From Phycisphaeraceae bacterium (GTDB lineage: Bacteria > Planctomycetota > Phycisphaerae > Phycisphaerales > Zrk34): 64,000 nucleotides of DNA. The stretch is taken from NCBI GenBank assembly GCA_040905565.1, contig JBBDRF010000062.1, positions 1-64,000 on the forward strand. Reading direction: 5' to 3'. This document shows positions 9,553 to 19,000 of the stretch, piece by piece. Under the pieces are notes generated by a model. That model saw nothing but the letters and a program-made list of their open reading frames with translations. It did no database searches and was not told the DNA's origin. The position numbers and the translations under genes are program-made. Each line of letters opens with the position of its first letter. The stretch's first letter is position 1.

Positions 9553-9635
9553 CTGGTCATTCTCCTACAATAGCACGAGTAGAGCCAGTAGCGGCTCAGA
9601 AGTCAAAAACTGTGCTGCGGTGGCGTGGCGCATAA

Positions 9636-9673
9636 GAGAAGCCGCGGGTTCGTGTGGAACGCCGCGGCTTCTC
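9636..9673 (-). terminator. hairpin downstream of the PEP-CTERM gene
   Basis: GAGAAGCCGCGG/CCGCGGCTTCTC stem with a weak T tail. Confidence 0.55.
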
Positions 9674-9694
9674 GCAGACAGGATTGGTTGTGGC

Positions 9695-10519
9695 TCAGGC
9701 GGTGGTGGTGTGGCGTCGGCGACGGCGGAAGGTGAGGCCGGCTGCGGCGACGGCGAGCAGGCCGAGGGAGGTCGGCTCGGGGATGACGGTCGAGGCGGGT
9801 TCGTACATCTGGCTGGCGACGCTGCCGAGCCAGAAGGAGGGGGAGCCGTTATCCCAGTCGGCGTTGTCGCCCTGGAAGTTGGTGACGATGCCTTCGGGGC
9901 CGGTGACGAGTGAGCCGACGAGCAGTTCGTGGGCGGCGTCGGCGATGCCTGGGAGGGTGGCGGAGCGTGAGCTGATGGATTGTTCGGTGGTGAGCGTCAG
10001 GGCGCCTGCGTTGGCCCAGTCGACGGCGCCGGCGAGCATGAGCTGCGTGGCGGGGTCGTTGTTCTGCCAGTGGATGCTGAGGTCGGAGCCGTCGCGTGTG
10101 GTGCCGGTGATGGTGGGCTTGGCGGGGAAGGTGGGGGAGCCGGCGGCGAGGGCGTCGCCGTCGAATGAGAAGGTCGGCTGGGAGACGACGGAGCCGCCGC
10201 TTTCGAGGTTGAGCGTCCAGTCGCCGTCGAAGTAGCCTGCGACGTCATCGAGGGAGTCGAGCCCCCAGGTGCCGCCGACGTGCATGCCGGTGGAGGAGGT
10301 TTCGAAGGGGACTTCCCAGGCGTCGTCGATGGTGCCGGTGACTTTGTCGAGGGCAGTGGTGGGCATGACGGCGGTGAGGAAGCCGTAGCCGGTGCCGGTG
10401 GCGTTGGGGGCGTCGTGCTCAAAGACCATGATGTGCAGTGAACTGGCGCTGGCGTGGTTCGCAGCGGTAAGCATGGCAACGGTTGCGCAGACGATAAGCG
10501 TCAACAGTTTGGTGTTCAT
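9695..10519 (-). CDS. PEP-CTERM sorting domain protein
   Basis: signal peptide MNTKLLTLIV...ASA; C-terminus VIPEPTSLGLLAVAAAGLTFRRRRR; RBS before ATG 10519. Confidence 0.9.
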   Translation of the reverse strand: MNTKLLTLIVCATVAMLTAANHASASSLHIMVFEHDAPNATGTGYGFLTAVMPTTALDKVTGTIDDAWEVPFETSSTGMHVGGTWGLDSLDDVAGYFDGDWTLNLESGGSVVSQPTFSFDGDALAAGSPTFPAKPTITGTTRDGSDLSIHWQNNDPATQLMLAGAVDWANAGALTLTTEQSISSRSATLPGIADAAHELLVGSLVTGPEGIVTNFQGDNADWDNGSPSFWLGSVASQMYEPASTVIPEPTSLGLLAVAAAGLTFRRRRRHTTTA

Positions 10520-10800
10520 ACCTCTTCTCCTGATTGTGCCCCGCTGGTTGGGGGCGTTTGCGGTGGCGACTTGGATGTGGACGCCTGGCTTTGGCGTCGC
10601 ATGTTGTTCGAGGGGGCAAGATAACCTTGGCGAGGCAGTGGCGGCAAGGTTTTTCTTGGGAAAAACAGGGGGTCTGGGGAAGCTGGGGCTATAAGTGGCG
10701 TGTCTGCCCACGAGGGACGTGAAATCGCTATGCTACGTTTTTCTACCGTTTGGCGCGTGCGTGCCAGCGCGGTTTATGCTCTTGTTTCGATGGAGTGGTC

Positions 10801-12348
10801 ATGTCCACGAGAACGGCTGCGGATTCGTGTCTTCTGGTGATCTTTGGTGCGTCGGGCGATCTGACACAGCGGAAGCTTGTGCCGGCGCTTTACGAGCAGC
10901 ATCGGGAGGGCCGGCTGCCGAAGGGTTTTGCGGTGCTGGGCGTGTCGCGTTCGGATATCGGGACGGAAGGCTTCCGCAAGAAGATGCGTGAGAGCTGCAT
11001 CGAGCACACTGCGTTCGACGAGGCATCGTGGAAGAGCTTTGAGCCGCTGCTGCACTATCACGCGGGCGATGCGACGAAGGCGGAAGCGTTCGGGCCGCTC
11101 AAGCAGACGATGTGCGAGCTGGCAGCGGCTCACAACACGGGCGACAATTTACTGATGTACCTGTCGGTGGCGCCGCAGCTGTACGAGCCGATCGTGAACA
11201 ACATCGGGGCGGCGGGCCTGGTGACCGAAGGCCAGCGCTGGTGCAGCCTGGATCGTCATACCGGCGCATGGCAAAGGCTGATCGTGGAGAAGCCGTTCGG
11301 GCACGATCTGGCCTCGGCGGCTCATCTGAACCGCGTGCTGGGGCGGGTCTTCGAGGAAGAAGCGATCTACCGCATCGACCATTACCTTGGCAAAGAGACG
11401 GTGCAGAACCTCGTCGTTTTCCGCTTCGCCAATGCGATCTTTGAGCCGCTCTGGAATCATCAGTACGTCGACCATGTGCAGATTACCGCAGCGGAAACGG
11501 TGGGCGTGGAAGGGCGCGGGGCGTACTACGAAGATGCGGGGGCGCTACGTGACATGATTCAGTCGCACCTGCTGCAGATCATGGCGGTGGTGGCGATGGA
11601 GCCGCCGAACACGCTGAACGCGGAGGACCTTCGCGACGAGCAGCGGAAGGTCTTGCAGGCGGTTCGGCCGATCTCCGCCGATCAGGTTTCGCGGGCGGCG
11701 CTTCGTGGGCAGTACCACGGCCAGGGCAACGGCGAGCGCGTGCCGGGATATCTTGATGAGCCGGGCGTGGCGAAGGATTCGAACACGGAAACGTACGCAG
11801 CGCTGCGGCTGGAGATTGATAACTGGCGCTGGCACGGCGTGCCGTTTTATGTCCGCACAGGCAAACGGCTGCGTCGCAAGCTCACGCAGATTTGTGTGTA
11901 CTTCAAGCCTGCGCCGCACAGCCTGTTCCGTGGCACTTCGCCGACGGCGATGAAGCCGAACCGGTTAAAAATCAACGTGCAGCCGGACGAGGGCATCAGC
12001 CTGCGGTTCGAGGGCAAGGTGCCTGGCAATGATCTGAAGGTGCGTTCAGGCGTGATGGACTTCGATTATGTTCAGCAGTTCCACGGCCAGATTCCCGAAG
12101 CGTACGGCCATCTGCTGCTCGACGCGATGAGCGGGGACCAATCGCTGTTCAAAGATCGTCACGAACTTGAAGCGGCCTGGCGGATCGTGATGCCTGTGCT
12201 GGATCACTGGAAGAATCATCCCGGCAGCGACATGCACGCCTACCCGCCCGGTTCGTGGGGGCCGAACGCGTCGGAGACGCTGTTCCAGGGACAGGGCCAT
12301 TGGCACAACCCCGAAGGTGAACAGACGCGCTGGCGACGGGATGGGTAA
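10801..12348 (+). CDS. zwf: glucose-6-phosphate 1-dehydrogenase
   Basis: GASGDL, EKPFG, RIDHYLGKE and RTGKRL motifs. Confidence 0.97.
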   Translation: MSTRTAADSCLLVIFGASGDLTQRKLVPALYEQHREGRLPKGFAVLGVSRSDIGTEGFRKKMRESCIEHTAFDEASWKSFEPLLHYHAGDATKAEAFGPLKQTMCELAAAHNTGDNLLMYLSVAPQLYEPIVNNIGAAGLVTEGQRWCSLDRHTGAWQRLIVEKPFGHDLASAAHLNRVLGRVFEEEAIYRIDHYLGKETVQNLVVFRFANAIFEPLWNHQYVDHVQITAAETVGVEGRGAYYEDAGALRDMIQSHLLQIMAVVAMEPPNTLNAEDLRDEQRKVLQAVRPISADQVSRAALRGQYHGQGNGERVPGYLDEPGVAKDSNTETYAALRLEIDNWRWHGVPFYVRTGKRLRRKLTQICVYFKPAPHSLFRGTSPTAMKPNRLKINVQPDEGISLRFEGKVPGNDLKVRSGVMDFDYVQQFHGQIPEAYGHLLLDAMSGDQSLFKDRHELEAAWRIVMPVLDHWKNHPGSDMHAYPPGSWGPNASETLFQGQGHWHNPEGEQTRWRRDG

Positions 12349-12373
12349 CGGGCTGGCGAGGGATAACGCCTAA

Positions 12374-12523
12374 CAACGAGCCGCGACCGCGAGGGAGCGG
12401 TCGTGCGCTGGGACGGTGCGCAGCGAACGGTGGGTTGAGTCGGTGTGAGGCAGCATATAGGCGTTCCCCTCACGCGTGCCGAGGTTGAACGCACAACCGC
12501 TCCCTTACGGTCGCGGCTCGTTG
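12374..12523. repeat. REPIN-like inverted repeat pair (family A)
   Basis: 34-bp arms CAACGAGCCGCGACCGCGAGGGAGCGGTCGTGCG and CGCACAACCGCTCCCTTACGGTCGCGGCTCGTTG, 3 mismatches, 82-bp spacer. Confidence 0.85.
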
Positions 12524-12537
12524 CCGGAAATGAGCGT

Positions 12538-13602
12538 TCAACGCAGCTTCAGATCACGCGCGAAGAAGTCGTATTTCATGGCCTGCTTGGCCTGGTGGAG
12601 GGTGGCCTCGGCGGCTTCGTTGGCGCGGGCGGTGCCGGTGCGGAGGACGTCGATGACGTCGGCTTCGGTCAGTTCGGCTCGGCGTTCGCGGATGGGATCG
12701 AGGAAGGCGTTGATCACTTCGCCGAGTTCTTTTTTGACCTGACCGTCGCCCACCTTGCCGGCTGCGTACCGCTCACGCAGTTCAGCGACGCGGTCCTTGT
12801 CGGGGTTGAACGTGGCGTGATATTCAAAAACGGTGTTGCCTTCGAGCACGGGCGGGTCGTCGAGTGAGCCTCGTCCGGTGAAGATCTTGTTGCACTTCTT
12901 CTGGACCTGCTTCGCGGTGTCGGAGAGGAAGATGGCGTTGTTGAGGGATTTTGACATCTTGTTGACGCCGTCGATGCCGGTGAGGCGAGAGACGCGGCCG
13001 AGCTTGTAGTCGGGGATGGGGAAGACGCCGCCTTTTTCGAGGTGCTGTTCGTCGGGGACGCCGCCCTTGATGCCGCAGTAAACCTGGTTGAATCGGCGTG
13101 CGATTTCGCGGGTCATTTCGATGTGGGGGATCTGATCTTCGCCGACGGGGACGAAGGCGGGCTTGAAGGCGAGGATGTCGGCGATCTGCCCGACGGGGTA
13201 GAGCAGGAAGCCGAAGGAGTAGTTTTCGCCGAGGTTCTTGACGCGGATTTCGTCCTTGATGGTCGGGTTCTTCATCAGCCGGCCGTAGCCGAGGAGCATG
13301 GAGAAATACCAGGTGAGCTCGGCGATGGCGGGCACTTCACTTTGCAGGAAGAACGTGGCCTTCTGCGGATCGAGCCCGACGGCGAGCCAGTCTTTGACGA
13401 TGGCGATGGTGTCGGCCCGGATGCCTTCGACTTCGGTGGGGCGCGTGGTCAGGGCGTGAACATTGGCGACGAGGAAGAAGCAATCGTGGTCTTCCTGCAT
13501 GGCCAGCCGGGCCTCGAGTGAGCCGACGTAATGGCCGAGATGGAGGGCGCCGGTGGGGGTGTCGCCGGTGAGCACGCGTGGTCTGTCTTGGGGGGAATTC
13601 AT
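12538..13602 (-). CDS. trpS: tryptophan--tRNA ligase
   Basis: TGDTPTGALHLGH, VPVGEDQ and KMSKS motifs. Confidence 0.96.
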   Translation of the reverse strand: MNSPQDRPRVLTGDTPTGALHLGHYVGSLEARLAMQEDHDCFFLVANVHALTTRPTEVEGIRADTIAIVKDWLAVGLDPQKATFFLQSEVPAIAELTWYFSMLLGYGRLMKNPTIKDEIRVKNLGENYSFGFLLYPVGQIADILAFKPAFVPVGEDQIPHIEMTREIARRFNQVYCGIKGGVPDEQHLEKGGVFPIPDYKLGRVSRLTGIDGVNKMSKSLNNAIFLSDTAKQVQKKCNKIFTGRGSLDDPPVLEGNTVFEYHATFNPDKDRVAELRERYAAGKVGDGQVKKELGEVINAFLDPIRERRAELTEADVIDVLRTGTARANEAAEATLHQAKQAMKYDFFARDLKLR

Positions 13603-13655
13603 GGTCCGCTAGTTTTAGCAGATTCACGCAGTTGCGTCAGGCATGCACGCGCCGA

Positions 13656-13710
13656 TAGCCCCGAGGCTACGCTTCGCCGGGGGGACCTGCAACGCGTAGC
13701 CTCGCGGCTA
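13656..13710. repeat. palindromic element with AGCC ends
   Basis: TAGCCCCGAGGCTACGC ... GCGTAGCCTCGCGGCTA inverted arms, one mismatch. Confidence 0.6.
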
Positions 13711-14676
13711 TTGAGGAGATGTTGCGTGTAGCGTGCGGTCGAAGAATTCGAGGCTGTGGTCGACGACGGTGTCGCTGAAGTGGGCGGTGAAGTGGCCTGT
13801 CCAGCCGAGCTCGATGAGTTCGGCCGGACCGGTGGCGGCTTCGTGGAGGGCGCGGCCGTGGTCAACGGGAACGATCGCGTCGCCCGTGCCGTGGACGATC
13901 AGGATGGGCACCTGCACCTTGCGGATGGCGGCGAGCGTGTCGGCATCGTCGGGATCGAACCCGTTCTCCGCGGCTGCTTCCTCGACCAGCTGCGCGAGCT
14001 CTTCATCCGAGGCGAGGTGCATCAAAGGGAGCAGGCGGCGGACGACGATCGGGGCGATCTCCCGCATGGAGGTGAACGGGGCGACAGCGGTGACGGCTTT
14101 GACGCGGTCATCACGGGCGGCGAACTGAATGGCGGTCGCGCCGCCCATGGAAACGCCCCAGACGCCGACGGGCCCAGCGAGGAGGTCGGCCTGGTCGAGC
14201 GCGTTGAGGACGTGGACCATGTCGCGTGATTCACGGGCGCCGAAGGTGATGGTGTCGCCGGTGGAGCCGCCGTGGCCTCGGAGGTCGACGAGGGCGACGC
14301 GGTAGCCGGCTTCGATGAAGTGGTCGCCGATGTGCCGCATCCAGAACGCTTCGGCGCGCCAGCCGTGGAGGACGAGGATGGTGCCGCGGGGCTCGAGTGG
14401 CGCGGCAGCGTGATCGACTTCGGCTGGCGCGAGCGGTTCCTTGATCCACACGCGGAGGAAGGCTTCGGGCGGGCCGACGGGCACGAACAGTTCATGATCG
14501 ATGCCCCAGATCTCGGGGCCTGCCTGAACGATGGCGGCTTGCCCTTCGAAACTGTCGCCGCTGTTGGGGGCGCGGAGCATGGCGGATTTGACGAAGCTAT
14601 CGCAACCGCCGGCGAAGGGCGTGAGAACGGCGAACAAAATCAACGCGGCGGAGCGGACGATCGGCGTCATAAGCAT
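13708..14676 (-). CDS. alpha/beta hydrolase, probable lipoprotein
   Basis: LVLHGW, GVSMGG nucleophile elbow, HGTGD; signal ending AGGC; AGGAG RBS. Confidence 0.85.
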   Translation of the reverse strand: MLMTPIVRSAALILFAVLTPFAGGCDSFVKSAMLRAPNSGDSFEGQAAIVQAGPEIWGIDHELFVPVGPPEAFLRVWIKEPLAPAEVDHAAAPLEPRGTILVLHGWRAEAFWMRHIGDHFIEAGYRVALVDLRGHGGSTGDTITFGARESRDMVHVLNALDQADLLAGPVGVWGVSMGGATAIQFAARDDRVKAVTAVAPFTSMREIAPIVVRRLLPLMHLASDEELAQLVEEAAAENGFDPDDADTLAAIRKVQVPILIVHGTGDAIVPVDHGRALHEAATGPAELIELGWTGHFTAHFSDTVVDHSLEFFDRTLHATSPQ

Positions 14677-14794
14677 CGACTCCTGCGCGCTTGAAAGCGC
14701 GTGGTAGAATGGCGATCGGCCCCGGTCGAAGCCGAGGCTGGCGGCGCATGGTAGCGCTGCGGGTTGATGTTGACTGTATGAGAGAGAGACGCAA

Positions 14795-15004
14795 ATGGCA
14801 CGGTTGATTCGCCACGAGGACACGGGGCCGTATGAAGTGAAAGCCTCGGAGAAAAGCACGTGGATCTGCATGTGCGGGCTGAGCAAGAACTATCCGATGT
14901 GCGACGGCGCTCACGCGATCAGCCGCAAGCTCGAGAGAGACGGCAAGCTGTACCGGTATGAGAACGGTGAGCCGATCGAGATCGGCGACGATTTGGAAGT
15001 TTGA
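14795..15004 (+). CDS. CDGSH iron-sulfur domain protein
   Basis: WICMCGLSKNYPMCDGAH motif. Confidence 0.9.
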   Translation: MARLIRHEDTGPYEVKASEKSTWICMCGLSKNYPMCDGAHAISRKLERDGKLYRYENGEPIEIGDDLEV

Positions 15005-15083
15005 TGGGGAGGGAGCGGGTGGGGGACCGGCTTGCGGACAAGCCGGCTCTTTTGTGCGCGCGGGGGCGAGAAGGTGGGGGGGG

Positions 15084-15809
15084 TTAGTGTGGGCGTAGGA
15101 GGGGGTCGGTCATGCCGAGTTCTGCGAAGGCGTGCTGGCGGATGGTGCACGAATCGCAGCGGGCGCAGGGGCGGCCGCTGGGGAGGGGGTCGTAGCAGGA
15201 GTGGGTGAGGCCGTAGTCGACGCCGAGCGCTAGGCCTCGGCGGATGATCTCGGTCTTGGGCAGGTCGATCAGCGGTGTGTGGATCGTCAGCGGTGAGCCT
15301 TCGACCCCGGCGCGCGTGGCGAGGCGGGCCATCGTCTGGAAGGCGGCAATGTACTCGGGCCGGCAATCGGGGTAGCCGGAGTAGTCGATCGCGTTGACGC
15401 CGATGAAGATGTCGTCGCTGTGGAGGACCTCGGCGAGAGCGAGGGCGTAGCTGAGGAAGACGGTGTTGCGGGCGGGAACGTAGGTGACGGGGATGTCGGT
15501 GAAGTGGTGGTCGTGGGCGCGGTCTTTGGGGACGTCGATGTCGGCGGTAAGGGCGGAGCCGCCGCACGCGCGGAGATCGATGGGGACGACGCGGTGGTCA
15601 CGCACGTTCAGGGAATGGGCGACGGCCTCGGCGGCCTGCAGTTCGCGGGCGTGGCGCTGGCCGTAATCGAAGGCGACGGTGTGAAGGGCGAAGCCTTGGG
15701 CGCGCGCGATGGCGGCGGTGGTGGCGCTGTCGAGGCCGCCGGATAGCAAAACGACGGCGGGGCGTGGCGAGCGTGCGGGATCCGACGGACCGGGGGAATC
15801 ACTCGTCAT
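15084..15809 (-). CDS. queC: 7-cyano-7-deazaguanine synthase
   Basis: [21 protein letters not shown] and C-terminal Zn cysteines. Confidence 0.95.
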   Translation of the reverse strand: MTSDSPGPSDPARSPRPAVVLLSGGLDSATTAAIARAQGFALHTVAFDYGQRHARELQAAEAVAHSLNVRDHRVVPIDLRACGGSALTADIDVPKDRAHDHHFTDIPVTYVPARNTVFLSYALALAEVLHSDDIFIGVNAIDYSGYPDCRPEYIAAFQTMARLATRAGVEGSPLTIHTPLIDLPKTEIIRRGLALGVDYGLTHSCYDPLPSGRPCARCDSCTIRQHAFAELGMTDPLLRPH

Positions 15810-17253
15810 TTTCTTCGGGGGCGCTGAGCGCCTGGAGTTGCGCACGGTAGTCGGTGGCCTGGGTGCGGTAGGCGGTGTCGTTGGTGAGGTTCGCCATGGT
15901 GGAGTTGATGACAACCAGATGCTGAAGCAGTGCCCGGTGGATGGCGGTGTCGCCACGCGCCTCGGCGGGCTCGAGCATGTCGGTCAGCTGCGTGCTGGCC
16001 TCGGTGAGCATTTCTTCAGCTTCGGCGGCGGAAGCGGTGGCCCGCTCATCGATCTCCTGCGACAGTTCGCCCATCGACTCAGCGTGCTGGGGAACCACAT
16101 CGCTCACGGCCTCGGCGACGCCGATGAGCAGGTTGCGGTAGTTCTGCCGCATCCGCGAGATCTGGGCCTTGGATCGTGCGAAGCTGGCGCGGGCGCCTTG
16201 CAGCTGAACCTGCAGTGCCTGACGCGTGGCGCTATCCGAGGCTGCCTGCTGAGCGCTCTGAAGATGCTGCACGGCCTGCTCAAAGTGATCGTCGGCGGCG
16301 ACGATCACATCTTCAACGTCTTCCTCGAAAGCCGTCACGAGGTAGTCAAGCAGCTGCGTGAAGTGCTCGGCACCTTCGTCGTAACGCGTGGAAGCGTCCT
16401 GAACGATCTCGGCGATGGTGCCGGTGCGGGTTTCCAGTTCCTCGGCCGCTTCGCGGTACTGCTGAATCTGCTGATCGATCTGCTCAAGCTGAATCTGCTC
16501 GAGCTTGCCCTGCGACTGCTGAACGTCGAGCCGACCCTCGGCCGCTTCGATGGTGCTGGTGAGCTGGCCGGATGCTTCGCTGAGTTCCGAAGCTTCGAGG
16601 TACAGGTCGAACTGCTCCTGGCCCTCCGCGGTGAACGCCTGACGAGCGATCTTGTCGGCTTCAACGTTGATCTCGTTGCGAGCTTCACGCGTCTCGGCCA
16701 TCTCGGCTTCGATCTCGGCGATGGTGTCGTCGAGGTCGGCGAGGCGCTGCTCGATGGCGTCGCGCTCGCTGAGCAGATCGGTTTCGTCGGTGCGCAGCTG
16801 GGCGATCTGATCGGTCAGGTCGATCGTCTCGTGGCCGGCCTGAACGGTGTGCGCATCGCGCAGACTGCTGACGGCGCTGAGCAGGCGTGCGTGCGTGTTG
16901 AGCAGTTCGTTCCAGTTGCGTGAGGCCTCCTGCACGACGGCGTTGCCGTGGTTGGTGGCGCTCTCGGCGAGGAGCTTGTGGGCGGCGACGCGATCGCTTT
17001 GGCTGGAGGAGTTCACCAGCGGCTGAAGCACGTCGGCAGCGGCTTGGAACTGCTCACGCCGATATTCGTAGATCGGCTTGCCGTAGGGCTCGGCGGAGAC
17101 ATCGCGGACGACGCTGCCGGCGAGTGCCTGGTCGAGCAGTTGTTGCGCCTCGGCGAAGGTGTCGCGGGCTTCGCGACGTTCGCTGTAGGACGATTCGGGT
17201 TCGCAGGCGACGAGCAGTGCAGCGCACACCAGGAGAATCAGACGTTTCATCAC
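15799..17253 (-). CDS. coiled-coil lipoprotein of unknown function
   Basis: lipobox LLVAC; long acidic heptad-rich helices. Confidence 0.8.
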   Translation of the reverse strand: MMKRLILLVCAALLVACEPESSYSERREARDTFAEAQQLLDQALAGSVVRDVSAEPYGKPIYEYRREQFQAAADVLQPLVNSSSQSDRVAAHKLLAESATNHGNAVVQEASRNWNELLNTHARLLSAVSSLRDAHTVQAGHETIDLTDQIAQLRTDETDLLSERDAIEQRLADLDDTIAEIEAEMAETREARNEINVEADKIARQAFTAEGQEQFDLYLEASELSEASGQLTSTIEAAEGRLDVQQSQGKLEQIQLEQIDQQIQQYREAAEELETRTGTIAEIVQDASTRYDEGAEHFTQLLDYLVTAFEEDVEDVIVAADDHFEQAVQHLQSAQQAASDSATRQALQVQLQGARASFARSKAQISRMRQNYRNLLIGVAEAVSDVVPQHAESMGELSQEIDERATASAAEAEEMLTEASTQLTDMLEPAEARGDTAIHRALLQHLVVINSTMANLTNDTAYRTQATDYRAQLQALSAPEENDE

Positions 17254-17313
17254 GGCAGATTCCTGTGATCGAAAGACAGAAGGAAGCGACCTATTTCACG
17301 AATGGTCATGATA

Positions 17314-18612
17314 TCACGCATCGCCGCCCTGTGCACCAACTGGTTGTTGGATTGGTTTTGGCTCGGGCCTGGCGTCGGGTTGGGGATCGGTTTCGGGGTC
17401 GGGGCGAGGCTCGGGCTGGGGCCGGGTGGGGACGGCGTAATCGATGGGGTAGTCGCCGCCGTCTTCGCTGCTGTAGAGCGTGACGATCCAGCGGAGCGTG
17501 TCGCTGAGCCTGCGGTCGCGAGAGTTGCTGAAGTACGGGCGCCAGCCGCGGACCTCGGGGTGCGGGTTCATCGCTTCGAGGGGCGGCAGGCCGAACTGCA
17601 CGAGCGGCGAGCTAAGCGGGTCTTCGAGATTGATCATGGGTTCGCCGTCGAGCTGCGTCCGCCTGAGGATCATCAGGTTGGTGTAGGCGGTGACGTCGTC
17701 GTTGGGCTGCTGGGTGAGCAGTTGGAAGTCGGTGTCGTATTTGTCCTGCGTGGTGCTGTGGCACTGGCCGCAGTAGCGGGCGATGTAGTTGGGGTGGAAG
17801 CGGGTGCGGAACTCGCGGAGCGTGGCGGGCTCGGTGCGGATCATGACCTGATCGTAATACTGGCGGGCGCGGAGATCGAAGATGACGGCGAGCTGATCGT
17901 GGCCCGGCATGCGGAGGAAGCGGGCTTTGCCGTCGCGGTTGAGGAAGGGCTCAAGGGCGGGCGATTCGCGGTAGAGGTCGAAAATCTCGTCGACAATCTC
18001 ACGGGGCACCACCACGGTGGGCTCTTCGCGAAGGTCGACTTCGAAAGCTTTGATCAGGGCGATGTCGCTGTCGGTGAGCGGCTGAATGGCGGTGAGCGCG
18101 GGGCGATCGTCGGCTGGGGCGGGGGCGTCATCTTCGGCGGGCTGGGGCTCGGGTTCGCCCATCGCTTCCATGCGGGCCTGCTCGTCGGCGATGCGGTCGT
18201 TGAGCACGCGGCGGAGCAGCTGGGCCTGCTGATGCGTGGGGCGATCGCCGAGCAAGGCGTCGAGCTCTTCCACGGCCAGCGGGTAAAGCTCAACATTTTC
18301 CTGATCGTAAAGCCAGCGCGCCAGGGCGTACCGGCCGGCCCAGTCGTCGTCGGCCACCTCCGCCCGCTTCTGTTCGTAGCGCTCTTTGAGCGTGAGATGC
18401 GCTTCCATGGCCTGGATCTGGTCGCGTGGAAAAGTGGTCTCGATGCCGGCGACGGCGATGGTGACCGTCGAGGCGGTCTCGGCGACCAGCTGGCCGGTGA
18501 TCTGGCGACCGTCGTTGAACACCACGCGGACAGGCCTGGCGGAGGCCACCGTCGCAGCGGACATCGCAACGAGAACAATCAGAATCCACAACCGAAAATG
18601 TTGCGGCAGCAT
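17314..18612 (-). CDS. secreted protein with one CxxCH (possible c-type haem) motif
   Basis: signal peptide, YCGQCH, AAGGAG RBS before ATG 18612. Confidence 0.75.
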   Translation of the reverse strand: MLPQHFRLWILIVLVAMSAATVASARPVRVVFNDGRQITGQLVAETASTVTIAVAGIETTFPRDQIQAMEAHLTLKERYEQKRAEVADDDWAGRYALARWLYDQENVELYPLAVEELDALLGDRPTHQQAQLLRRVLNDRIADEQARMEAMGEPEPQPAEDDAPAPADDRPALTAIQPLTDSDIALIKAFEVDLREEPTVVVPREIVDEIFDLYRESPALEPFLNRDGKARFLRMPGHDQLAVIFDLRARQYYDQVMIRTEPATLREFRTRFHPNYIARYCGQCHSTTQDKYDTDFQLLTQQPNDDVTAYTNLMILRRTQLDGEPMINLEDPLSSPLVQFGLPPLEAMNPHPEVRGWRPYFSNSRDRRLSDTLRWIVTLYSSEDGGDYPIDYAVPTRPQPEPRPDPETDPQPDARPEPKPIQQPVGAQGGDA

Positions 18613-18814
18613 CACACGTCTCCTTAAATCGGCCGGCGGGGCAACTACAGCGGCCGCCTCTACTATAAAAGGGTCGATCTCGGCCGACAAGTCAATAATC
18701 GCAAAGCGGTTGCGTTATTTTTTAACGCCTGTCGGGCATGAGCTGTCGGCGGCGAGAGTTATGCGGTTGCGGGGGGCGCGGGGGGGGCGACAGATTGTGA
18801 GCAGGGGCCGGAAT

Positions 18815-18988
18815 ACGAGCTGCGACCGTAAGGGAGCGGTTGCCTGCAAACTACTTGCGAATGTGAGGGAGGCTGGAACTGCCGCTTTATGGGTGCAGGT
18901 TTGTCCGCAGCTGTGAGGTTGCGAGGCGTGGGCGCGATGTACCGAGATTGGACGCACAACCGCTTACTGACGTGCGCGGCTCGTTGCC
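18815..18988. repeat. REPIN-like pair (family A, variant right arm)
   Basis: ACGAGCTGCGACCGTAAGGGAGCGGTTG ... CGCACAACCGCTTACTGACGTGCGCGGCTCGTTG. Confidence 0.75.
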
Positions 18989-19000
18989 AACGGCGCGCGG

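Noticed and set aside
6504..9600. Integrative element at tRNA-Glu
   Set aside because: No integrase and no duplicated tRNA 3' end noticed; housekeeping fbaA lies directly downstream
10520..10800. c-di-GMP riboswitch or sigma54 promoter upstream of the PEP-CTERM gene
   Set aside because: GCAAAC and GACGCCAAAG words are in the wrong order; GG-N10-GC spacing is not met
15084..15809. QueC as part of a defence system (QatC or Dpd type)
   Set aside because: Canonical length and motifs with no defence neighbours; ordinary queuosine pathway is more likely
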